Source: Candidatus Saccharimonadota bacterium (GTDB taxonomy: Bacteria > Patescibacteriota > Saccharimonadia > Saccharimonadales > UBA4665). From it: a stretch of DNA of 48,095 nt. How positions within the stretch are numbered: the stretch's first letter is position 1; each line of letters starts with the position of its first letter. Of the stretch, positions 40,731 to 48,095 are shown piece after piece. A program made the translations under genes and the position numbers. Under the pieces are notes generated by a model. It was not told the origin of the DNA. It did no database searches and saw only the letters and a program-made list of their open reading frames with translations. The DNA lies in the NCBI GenBank assembly GCA_036782475.1, contig DAIPYY010000001.1, positions 1-48,095 on the forward strand. Direction: 5' to 3'.

Positions 40731-41840
40731 ATGGCTACCTATAAAGTACTACAGGATATTGAGGCAGAGGACAAGCTCGTCGGTCCGTTTACTTTGTGGC
40801 AGTTCATCTATCTGTTCGTGGCGGGCGCTTGCGGCTACCTGAGCTTCATCTCAATCGCAAAGAATGTGCCGATTTTCCTTATCCTTCTCCTGCCGGTTAC
40901 CTTGTTTGCGGGCTTCTTAGCCATCCCCTGGGGGAGTGACCAGCCGACAGAGATATGGGCACTTGCGAAACTGCGGTTTTTCCTGAAGCCGCGGCGACGT
41001 ATCTGGAACCAGGACGGCATGACTGAACTCGTCAGTATTACGGTGCCGAAGACGATCGAACGGCAGCTGACGAACGGGCTCAATCAGCATGAAGTCCATA
41101 GCAGGCTGAACGCCCTCGCAAGTACGCTCGACAGCCGTGGATGGGCGGTCAAGAATATTAATGTCAATTTATCCGCTTTGCCCACAGCCACGATGCAGCC
41201 GTCCGACCGCCTCGTCGATGTCGGGTCAATACCCCAAGAAGTGATAGCGGTGGATGTACGCCCGGGAGACGATATCTTGGATGAGACTGCCAATACGGTC
41301 GCTCATAATTTCGACGCGATGATCGACGAAAGAACCTCCCAGAAGCGGCAAAAACTGGTTGATTTCATGAACAACCCCTTGCCGGAATCGCCGTCAGCCG
41401 TCCCCGCGGCTGCACCGCTGCCGGCAGTATCTGCCGCACAGCCTGTTTCGGCGCCCGCTCAAGCGGCCCAGTGGTTTGCTCCGCCTCCTACTGCCGCTGC
41501 TCCATTTGCTGCCCCCATCATGTCGCCTGCCGCACCGCAGCCCGTCATGAGCATGGCAGTTCCGCAGGCGGTGGAGCCGACCGCCGCCGAAGAGGCGCTT
41601 GTCGCTCAGCTGAAAGCAAAAAACGAGCAACAGGAAAGCGCCTACACGCACCTGCAAAGTATCAAGACACCGGAAGAGCTGGAGGCGGAAGCGGCAGCCC
41701 AGCAAGTTGCTCCCCCAGAGACGCCGCCGCGTATGACATCAGAGAAGCAGGCTGCTATAATGAACCTATCACGAGACGACAATAAAAGTATTGCAACGCT
41801 CGAGAAAGAAGCGAATGAAGTGGTAATTTCGCTTCATTAG
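40731..41840 (+). CDS. PrgI/VirB3-like T4SS membrane protein with a long Ala/Pro-rich C-terminal extension
   Basis: N-terminus YKVLQDIEAEDKLVGPFTLWQFIYLFVAG plus two TM helices is the PrgI-family pattern found directly upstream of VirB4 in Gram-positive-type T4SS. About 250 extra residues follow. Confidence 0.7.
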   Translation: MATYKVLQDIEAEDKLVGPFTLWQFIYLFVAGACGYLSFISIAKNVPIFLILLLPVTLFAGFLAIPWGSDQPTEIWALAKLRFFLKPRRRIWNQDGMTELVSITVPKTIERQLTNGLNQHEVHSRLNALASTLDSRGWAVKNINVNLSALPTATMQPSDRLVDVGSIPQEVIAVDVRPGDDILDETANTVAHNFDAMIDERTSQKRQKLVDFMNNPLPESPSAVPAAAPLPAVSAAQPVSAPAQAAQWFAPPPTAAAPFAAPIMSPAAPQPVMSMAVPQAVEPTAAEEALVAQLKAKNEQQESAYTHLQSIKTPEELEAEAAAQQVAPPETPPRMTSEKQAAIMNLSRDDNKSIATLEKEANEVVISLH

Positions 41841-41866
41841 AGAGCGAACGAACAGGGTGGCATAAT

Positions 41867-42802
41867 ATGAATCCAAACCAACAATATCAACAACCAACTC
41901 AGCCACAACCCCAGTATGTACCACCAGCTGGCATGCCGGCAGCACAGCCGCAGTACGCCGCTACAGCACAGCCTATGCCAATCAATACCATACCGCCCGC
42001 TCCCTTGCAGGCCGTCAGTGCCGCGCCGGGTCAGCAGGCTCCGCCCGCCGGAGCTGGGGCAATAGCACCCAAGACAAATCCCAACAGCACGCAGAACACG
42101 CTTCTCATATCTGAAATTCGCGACGGTGTCGTCATCATGAGCGACGGCAGCTTCCGGGCGGTCGTCATGGTCAAAAGCATCAACTTTGACCTGATGAGCC
42201 CGCAGGAGCAAGAAAGCATCGAATACGGGTACCAGGGGTTCCTGAACTCGTTGTATTTCCCGATTCAGATTTTCCTGCGGTCGGAAAAAGTCGATTTACA
42301 GCCCTACATCGAGCGCCTCGACAAAATCCGCACCGAACACGACAACATGCTGCTCGCCATGCTGATGGAAGATTACATCAACTACATCGACCAGCTGGCA
42401 CTCCAGACCAACATCATGGACAAGAAGTTTTACATCGTGATACCGTATTTCCCGACCGCCAACCCAGAGATGGCGACGACCCAGAACAAGAATTTCTTTA
42501 AAGGGCTCGTCGAGATGTTCAGTAAGCAGGAAAACCATATTGTCATCAATGAGGCGGACCTGGAAAAAGCCAAGGCCGAGCTGCGCAACCGTGTCCAAGC
42601 GGTGTTGGGAGGGCTGCAGCAATGTTCCATCCAGGGGCTGCCGCTTGACACCCAGGAGCTCATCGAGCTGTACTATGACACCTACAACCCGGATACCGCC
42701 ACCAGGCAACAGCTCAAGAATTTCAATGATTTGACCGCTGACATCGTCACGAAAGGCGAGGGCATGGCACAACAGGCACATCTGCAAAGGGAGTTACAGT
42801 AA
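41867..42802 (+). CDS. stand-alone VirB4 N-terminal-domain-like protein with a Gln/Pro-rich N-terminus
   Basis: No P-loop. The segment order parallels the N-domain of the next gene: FRAVVMVKSINFDLMS with ARTYYVYGYPRQVFTG, FPIQIFLRSEKVDLQPYIERL with IDISIYVYPVESQLVLDNL, and KKFYIVIPYF with FFRFGLYFTIYA. The TAATG overlap couples it to VirB4. Confidence 0.55.
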   Translation: MNPNQQYQQPTQPQPQYVPPAGMPAAQPQYAATAQPMPINTIPPAPLQAVSAAPGQQAPPAGAGAIAPKTNPNSTQNTLLISEIRDGVVIMSDGSFRAVVMVKSINFDLMSPQEQESIEYGYQGFLNSLYFPIQIFLRSEKVDLQPYIERLDKIRTEHDNMLLAMLMEDYINYIDQLALQTNIMDKKFYIVIPYFPTANPEMATTQNKNFFKGLVEMFSKQENHIVINEADLEKAKAELRNRVQAVLGGLQQCSIQGLPLDTQELIELYYDTYNPDTATRQQLKNFNDLTADIVTKGEGMAQQAHLQRELQ

Positions 42803-44715
42803 TGGCAAAACAAAAGATCGATCCCGTCCTCTTGGCGCAGCAACAGCGGGCCCGCGAGCAGGCTGAAGTAGCCGAAGCATTCCGCAAAGGCGTGACGGCG
42901 CTCCGCGATTTTATCGCCCCCAGCAGTATTGAGTTCTTCGGCAGCTATTTCCAGCTTGGCACGCGCCTGGCCCGAACCTACTATGTCTACGGCTACCCCC
43001 GACAGGTGTTTACCGGCTGGCTCAGCGGACTCGTCAACCTCGATGAAATCATAGATATATCGATTTACGTCTATCCTGTCGAGAGCCAGCTTGTGCTCGA
43101 TAACTTACGCAAGAAAGTCACCCAGCTCGAAGCGGGCCTCCAGATCGACGCAGAAAAGGGCCGGGTACGCGATCCGAGCAAGCAGGCTGCCATCCTCGAC
43201 GCCGAGGAAATGCGGGACAAACTCCAGGTGGGCGAGGAGCGGTTCTTCCGTTTCGGACTGTATTTCACCATCTACGCCAACTCACAGGATGAGCTTGAGT
43301 TCATCAGCCATAAAGTGGAAAGTATGCTCGGCCAGCAGCTTGTCTACAGCAAAGCCGCGACCAGCCAACAGGAACAGGGACTCAACAGCGTCGCACCGCA
43401 GATGGTCGACCAGCTTCAAATCCGGCGTAACATGTCGACAGGCGCCATCAGCACGAGCTTCCCGATCACTTCGGCCGATCTTACCCAGGATAATGGCATC
43501 CTTTACGGCATCAACATGCATAATAGCGGATTGGTCATTTTCGACCGGTTCACACTCGAGAACGGCAACTCGGTCGTCTTCGCGAAATCCGGCGCCGGCA
43601 AATCATTCACCGTAAAACTTGAAGCATTGCGCAGCCTGATGTTCGGCACGGAAATCATCATCATCGACCCAGAGAATGAGTATGAACGCATGTGCGACGC
43701 TGTCGGCGGAGCGTATGTCCGGCTCAGCCTCAATTCTTCGACACGCATCAACCCGTTTGACCTGCCGAAAGTCGTTGACGTCGAAGAGGCCGACAACGCC
43801 CTTCGCTCCAGCCTGATCACACTGCACGGACTGCTCCGCCTCATCATGGGCGGCGCACAGGCGCAGCTCGTCGGCGGCAACACCACGATTATGCCGGCGC
43901 TCAGCCCGTCGGAAGAAGCCGACCTCGACGCGGCACTCATCACGACATACGAGAAAGCGGGTATCACCCAAGATCCTCTGACTCATACCGGAATCCCACC
44001 TACTATAACCGACCTCTATGATACGCTGCTACACATGGGTGGTAATGGGCCGCAGCTGGCCCAGCGGCTACGCAAGTATACTAGCGGCACGTTCGCCGGC
44101 ATATTCAGCCAGCAGAGCAACATCGACATCAACAACCCGATGGTCGTCTTCAACGTCCGCGATCTCGAGGACGAACTGCGGCCGGTCGCGATGTACATCG
44201 TATTGAATTACATCTGGAACAAGACGAAGAGTGACCAAAAACGCCGCATCCTCATCGTTGACGAGGCATGGCAGCTCATGAAGTACGAAGACAGCGCTAA
44301 CTTCCTTTTCAGCCTCGCCAAGCGCGCACGTAAATACAATCTCGGTATTACGACTATCACGCAAGATGTCGAGGATTTCATGGGATCGCGCATGGGCCGT
44401 GCTATCGTCGCCAATGCCAGTATGCAGATACTCCTCAAACAGAGCCCGAGCGCCATCGACGTTCTTGCCGACGTGTTCAAACTGACAAGCGAGGAGAAAA
44501 AGCGTCTTGGACAATTCCCAGTAGGACAAGGCCTGTTTTTCGCCGGCCAAAACCATGTCCACATCCAGGTCGTCGCCAGCCCCACCGAAACGGGACTCAT
44601 CACCACCAATCCGACGCAAGTACAGGCTATCAAGCAAGGCGACCTAAACCAGCCCCAGGGAACCATCGACCTTCAAAACCAACTCTACCCCGGGAGTATG
44701 AATAACTTGTCGTAA
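42802..44715 (+). CDS. virB4: T4SS VirB4-family ATPase (Gram-positive PrgJ/TcpF type)
   Basis: Walker A AKSGAGKSF (about 43582-43608), IIIDPENEY, Walker B RILIVDEAWQL, ITTITQDVEDF. Confidence 0.88.
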   Translation: MAKQKIDPVLLAQQQRAREQAEVAEAFRKGVTALRDFIAPSSIEFFGSYFQLGTRLARTYYVYGYPRQVFTGWLSGLVNLDEIIDISIYVYPVESQLVLDNLRKKVTQLEAGLQIDAEKGRVRDPSKQAAILDAEEMRDKLQVGEERFFRFGLYFTIYANSQDELEFISHKVESMLGQQLVYSKAATSQQEQGLNSVAPQMVDQLQIRRNMSTGAISTSFPITSADLTQDNGILYGINMHNSGLVIFDRFTLENGNSVVFAKSGAGKSFTVKLEALRSLMFGTEIIIIDPENEYERMCDAVGGAYVRLSLNSSTRINPFDLPKVVDVEEADNALRSSLITLHGLLRLIMGGAQAQLVGGNTTIMPALSPSEEADLDAALITTYEKAGITQDPLTHTGIPPTITDLYDTLLHMGGNGPQLAQRLRKYTSGTFAGIFSQQSNIDINNPMVVFNVRDLEDELRPVAMYIVLNYIWNKTKSDQKRRILIVDEAWQLMKYEDSANFLFSLAKRARKYNLGITTITQDVEDFMGSRMGRAIVANASMQILLKQSPSAIDVLADVFKLTSEEKKRLGQFPVGQGLFFAGQNHVHIQVVASPTETGLITTNPTQVQAIKQGDLNQPQGTIDLQNQLYPGSMNNLS

Positions 44716-44724
44716 GGACCATTC

Positions 44725-47700
44725 ATGGCATCGTCACAAACACTCATTCCTACGGGAGAAAATCAATACGACGACGAAGATATGGAGCGCCTGAGGCGCC
44801 AGGAACGTGGTGTCACAGCCGCGGAAGACGGCGCTCCGACCGATGCTGTCGATATGAGCGGCATTGACCCGACCGCTGACCCCGACTATGTCGCACCTGC
44901 CGGAAAAGCTGGCGGCACTGCTGCCGGCGCCCCTAACTCCGCCTCAAACCTCGAACAAACAGCCCTTGGCAACCAGCCGGGCCTCGACGCGGAAGACGGT
45001 TTTTATACGGGAGGTGGAGGAAAGGGCAGAAAGCGCCGAAAATTCTGGACCAGACGACGGGCAATGGCGGGCGGCACTATCGCTGGATTTTTTGTAGGCG
45101 GGGGTATTCTCCTGTCGCCGTTCGTGATGGGTCCGCTTGAGTTCATCCATTTTGCACAGAGCCTTTCGGGCCCACACTTCGGTATATCCGAGCGTGCCAG
45201 CACACGAAATATAACCCGGTTCTATAAATTTATAACCGGGAGGGGCACAAGCACCTGTACCGCAAAAAACTGTCTCGTCCAAGATGGCGGCAAAGGAGAC
45301 ACACGCCTGAATTTCCTCGAGAGAAAATACAATAAAGTTATTTTCAAGAACATCGAGAGTAAGGGCTTCAAGATGTGGACCGATTCGAGGACGCAAACTT
45401 TTAAGGGATGGCGTATTGATACGTCCTCTAAAAATTCGCCGTTCAAGGGCATGAATGAGTCGATGATCGAAGATGCCCTGAAAGCATACGGCGTTAAAAA
45501 AGCAGATATTAAAAAAGTGGGCGGCACCGGGGGGTACTGGATAAAAAACGAGGCGCTGTTTAAGCGCGGCCAGACAAGGCTTGTAATGGCGATGTTGCAA
45601 GAGTCCGGCTATAGCAAAGTAGGATCGTGGATTAGGGCACGGCAACTCTGTAAATTCGCCGGCTGTGGTTTCCACCCCCTGAAAATATTGGACGAAAAAC
45701 TCAATGACAAACTCGACAAGGGACTCAAAAAACTGAAAGAAGAGTATGAAAAAAGCCGCAGGGCCAGTATCACCGGCACTGAAGCGTCAGGGGCGACTAT
45801 CGATACCACCAACACGGAGGAGCAAACAACCGGCGAGGACGGAGAACGCACCAACCAGTCTGTCGATGAATCCCTGAAGACCACGAAAACCACGACATCG
45901 CCGACGGCAATCAGTGATTTCATGAAATCTTTTGCCGCTCGTCCTTCCACGAAGATAAGTGCCAATGTTCTTGATGTTGTCGGTTATGCGTGTCTCGCCG
46001 CCAATATATATAAGGCTGCCGGCGATATCAACTTCGACCAAACTGTTATGCCGGCAATTAGGTTGGCAACGGAGCAAATCGCGACAGGCTCCCAAATAGA
46101 AGCAAGCAGCCTCATAGATGGTACCTTTAATTCAACAAGTCTTGAGCTTGCACATGAATACCTCGAGGCAAAGGATTCTTCTGGCAAAACAACAAGCTGG
46201 AGCGATGCTGCAAATATCCGCCAAAACAACGGTCTTAGCGGCGGGACGGATATTTCCTCGGATAAAAAAGAAATCTTATCGAACCCGGGCAAAGGCCCAT
46301 CCTGGCTTGAGTGGACCGAACCGATGGTAGACTTTTGCAGCAATCAAGCCATACAAGCTACTATGGGGGTACTTAGTATTGGGATAGGAGTGTTGAGTGG
46401 TGGTATGGTATCTACGATCGTGGGGGCTGTCGTTGGGTATTTTGCCGCCCCGGCAGCCCTAAATTTAATCGCGCAGAGTGTGGCAGGTAATGCTCTCGAT
46501 ATTGCCGGAGTAAAAGGAATCGAGATGGGTCAGTACGCTGATTTTGGGGCATTCTTTGGTGCTAATCTCGCAAGGCAGATGCGTGGAGGTAGGATCCTCA
46601 GCAGCGCAAGCGCGCTCAAACTTGCGCAAGATAATATGGATACCAAAAACGAAGAATTCGCATCGCAAAGTATCGCCTATAAACTCTTCAATGCATATGA
46701 CAGCAAATCGCTCATCTCGCGGGTCGTCGATACCCAGTCTACCTATGCGACCGAAAACATTGCGTCGACGATTAATAACTTCCTGGGTATCGGTACGAGC
46801 ACATTATCAACCATCGGCGGACTTTTCTCGAAAAAATCGAGCGCAGCAACTACTATGTACGATTATGGCATCCCGATGGTTGGATTCAGCCTCGAAGAGC
46901 AGGAAAACCCCCTTACGGAAAACCCGTATGAGAACGCAGCAATCGTAGGTGCCTTCCTCGACACTCCTGCCAGTAGCAGCCTCAAGGATCGTGCGCTGCG
47001 TTGTAACGGTGTAGAGTTCTACAAAGACGATCAATTTGGCTGGAGCATACGTAGCATCGCCGATCCGAACGCGGGCGCCGAGAATAATGTATTTCAAAAA
47101 TATGTCACCGGACATCTTGATAGTGACTGCGGTACCGATCCGGTCATCGCCGCCGCTGATTCGGATGCTACCGTTGCGACGGGAACGGGGTACGTAGCAG
47201 CAGCGGAAGATGACATGTGGACGCGCATGCGGAAGTTCATCGACGACCTCAGTGAGTTTGAGTCATACACGTGTCTTATGGCCGATGATGAAACCTCATG
47301 CGATAACAGCGGCTTCGGAGCTACTACTGCCGCCAGCAGTAGCACGGTCAATACCGACGACCTATACAAGGACTCAACCTCTATAAGTTGCGACACTCGC
47401 ACGAAAGATCTAGGAACACAAGAGGTCCAGCATGAAAGCAGTACATTTAAAATCAGGGTCTGCGGGATAAAAGAAATACCCAGTTCTGGACAGGAAAGCA
47501 CCAAAGGAAACCAGTACTACATCGAAGGCGCCGATGGCATGACAATCGTCAACTCAAGAGTATCGACGATCTTTATGAACCTGGCAGAGGATGCGACTGC
47601 GAATAATACTAAACTTTCAAGTAGCTCAAGTTTCCGCATGCACTCACATCAGCAAGATTTATGGAACGCCAATCCCGACCCGGAAGCAGTGGGGCCCCCG

Positions 47701-47925
47701 GGAAAAAGCAATCACGAAGTAGGAATAGCGGTGGACTTCAATACGGGTGGGTCGAAAAAATCAGGCGCATCATGCGACGCGAGGGCGACAAGTAGCTCAG
47801 CCATGTGGAAGTACCTCAACGGCTCATCGGGAGAGCCGGGCGCACAGAAATTCGGAATATACCAGTACGCCGTCGAGCCGTGGCATTGGGATGCATCCCC
47901 GACACGCTGTAAGGAGCCTTTGTGA
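44725..47925 (+). CDS. large membrane-anchored protein with a C-terminal M15 (VanY-type, LAS fold) D-Ala-D-Ala peptidase domain; candidate T4SS cell-wall hydrolase
   Basis: TM helix near aa 115-140 and a central TM cluster near aa 545-590. C-terminus has SSFRMHSHQQDLW, SNHEVGIAVDF (47707-47739) and EPWHWD (47875-47892), the SxxR / SxHxxGxAxD / ExxH zinc-peptidase pattern. Confidence 0.75.
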   Translation: MASSQTLIPTGENQYDDEDMERLRRQERGVTAAEDGAPTDAVDMSGIDPTADPDYVAPAGKAGGTAAGAPNSASNLEQTALGNQPGLDAEDGFYTGGGGKGRKRRKFWTRRRAMAGGTIAGFFVGGGILLSPFVMGPLEFIHFAQSLSGPHFGISERASTRNITRFYKFITGRGTSTCTAKNCLVQDGGKGDTRLNFLERKYNKVIFKNIESKGFKMWTDSRTQTFKGWRIDTSSKNSPFKGMNESMIEDALKAYGVKKADIKKVGGTGGYWIKNEALFKRGQTRLVMAMLQESGYSKVGSWIRARQLCKFAGCGFHPLKILDEKLNDKLDKGLKKLKEEYEKSRRASITGTEASGATIDTTNTEEQTTGEDGERTNQSVDESLKTTKTTTSPTAISDFMKSFAARPSTKISANVLDVVGYACLAANIYKAAGDINFDQTVMPAIRLATEQIATGSQIEASSLIDGTFNSTSLELAHEYLEAKDSSGKTTSWSDAANIRQNNGLSGGTDISSDKKEILSNPGKGPSWLEWTEPMVDFCSNQAIQATMGVLSIGIGVLSGGMVSTIVGAVVGYFAAPAALNLIAQSVAGNALDIAGVKGIEMGQYADFGAFFGANLARQMRGGRILSSASALKLAQDNMDTKNEEFASQSIAYKLFNAYDSKSLISRVVDTQSTYATENIASTINNFLGIGTSTLSTIGGLFSKKSSAATTMYDYGIPMVGFSLEEQENPLTENPYENAAIVGAFLDTPASSSLKDRALRCNGVEFYKDDQFGWSIRSIADPNAGAENNVFQKYVTGHLDSDCGTDPVIAAADSDATVATGTGYVAAAEDDMWTRMRKFIDDLSEFESYTCLMADDETSCDNSGFGATTAASSSTVNTDDLYKDSTSISCDTRTKDLGTQEVQHESSTFKIRVCGIKEIPSSGQESTKGNQYYIEGADGMTIVNSRVSTIFMNLAEDATANNTKLSSSSSFRMHSHQQDLWNANPDPEAVGPPGKSNHEVGIAVDFNTGGSKKSGASCDARATSSSAMWKYLNGSSGEPGAQKFGIYQYAVEPWHWDASPTRCKEPL

Positions 47926-48095
47926 TGAGATTTAGTCGGACGACAAGGTGGTCACGCAGACACTCTGCTTTACTGGCGTATAGTATCCTTATTTCGTTTA
48001 TACTGGTAGTTTCTTCGAGTCCGGCAGTGCAAGCTGCCCTAAGTGACGAGCAAAAAGCTGTATTCAAAAGGGAAATCGGTGCATTTGATGTAGAC
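47925..48095 (+). CDS. secreted hypothetical protein, N-terminal part (3' end outside window)
   Basis: ATG 47925 overlaps the previous stop (TGATG). Translation MRFSRTTRWSRRHSALLAYSILISFILVVSSSPAVQA/ALSDEQ... is a typical signal peptide. Not in the ORF track because no stop is reached. Confidence 0.6.
   Translation, partial: MRFSRTTRWSRRHSALLAYSILISFILVVSSSPAVQAALSDEQKAVFKREIGAFDVD

Noticed and set aside
22811-48095. Interpreting the T4SS genes as an integrative conjugative element or plasmid segment
   Set aside because: No integrase, relaxase, coupling protein, replication or partition genes, and no flanking repeats are seen. The two loci are interrupted by core genes (polA, dut, P-type ATPase).
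1-48095. CRISPR arrays, IS elements or transposases, rRNA genes, obvious toxin-antitoxin or restriction-modification pairs
   Set aside because: I looked for regularly spaced repeats, terminal inverted repeats flanking transposase-like ORFs, and rRNA-like conserved stretches, and found none.

Overview
GC-rich, tightly packed bacterial chromosome segment. Spot counts of single 60-nt lines give about 65% G+C in core genes. Short or overlapping intergenic regions, truncated-looking core enzymes and the gene content suggest a reduced-genome Patescibacteria/CPR (Saccharibacteria-like) organism, but this placement is tentative. Core genes: ABC-2 exporter pair, murE-like ligase, tsaD, histidine phosphatase, valS, argS, DUF378, comF, Hsp20, P-type ATPase, polA, dut and two NUDIX genes. 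There are four tRNAs (Arg-GCG, Ser-CGA, Ser-TGA, Ser-GCT). A cell-envelope glycan block follows: a GT-C-like membrane protein, a GtrA/PIG-L fusion, and a tiny Ser/Thr-rich LANTG sortase substrate. The main item is a chromosomal, Gram-positive-type type IV secretion (T4SS)-like apparatus split into two loci. Locus 1 (22.8-29.9 kb) holds five adjacent VirB2/TrbC-like pilin genes carrying six pilin modules (one ORF is a tandem double pilin), a lipoprotein, and a 1059-aa VirB6/TrbL-like protein. Locus 2 (40.7-48.1 kb) holds a PrgI/VirB3-like protein, a stand-alone VirB4 N-terminal-domain paralogue, a VirB4 ATPase, a 1066-aa membrane-anchored M15 (VanY-type) peptidoglycan peptidase and a further secreted protein. 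The loci are separated by a PP2C-domain protein and housekeeping genes. No relaxase, coupling ATPase or integrase is visible, so this looks like a domesticated, non-conjugative cell-contact or secretion machine rather than an ICE. Other signals: a recurrent TG-extended TATACT-type -10 box placed 6-9 nt before start codons (apparently leaderless transcription), a 23-nt duplication of the tRNA-Ser 3' end (integration scar), an AT-rich PD-(D/E)XK gene beside a tRNA-Ser cluster, a perfect TGTGA-N6-TCACA palindrome between the pilin and VirB6 units, and marked G+C mosaicism. All calls come from manual reading of the sequence and ORF track. No database search was run.
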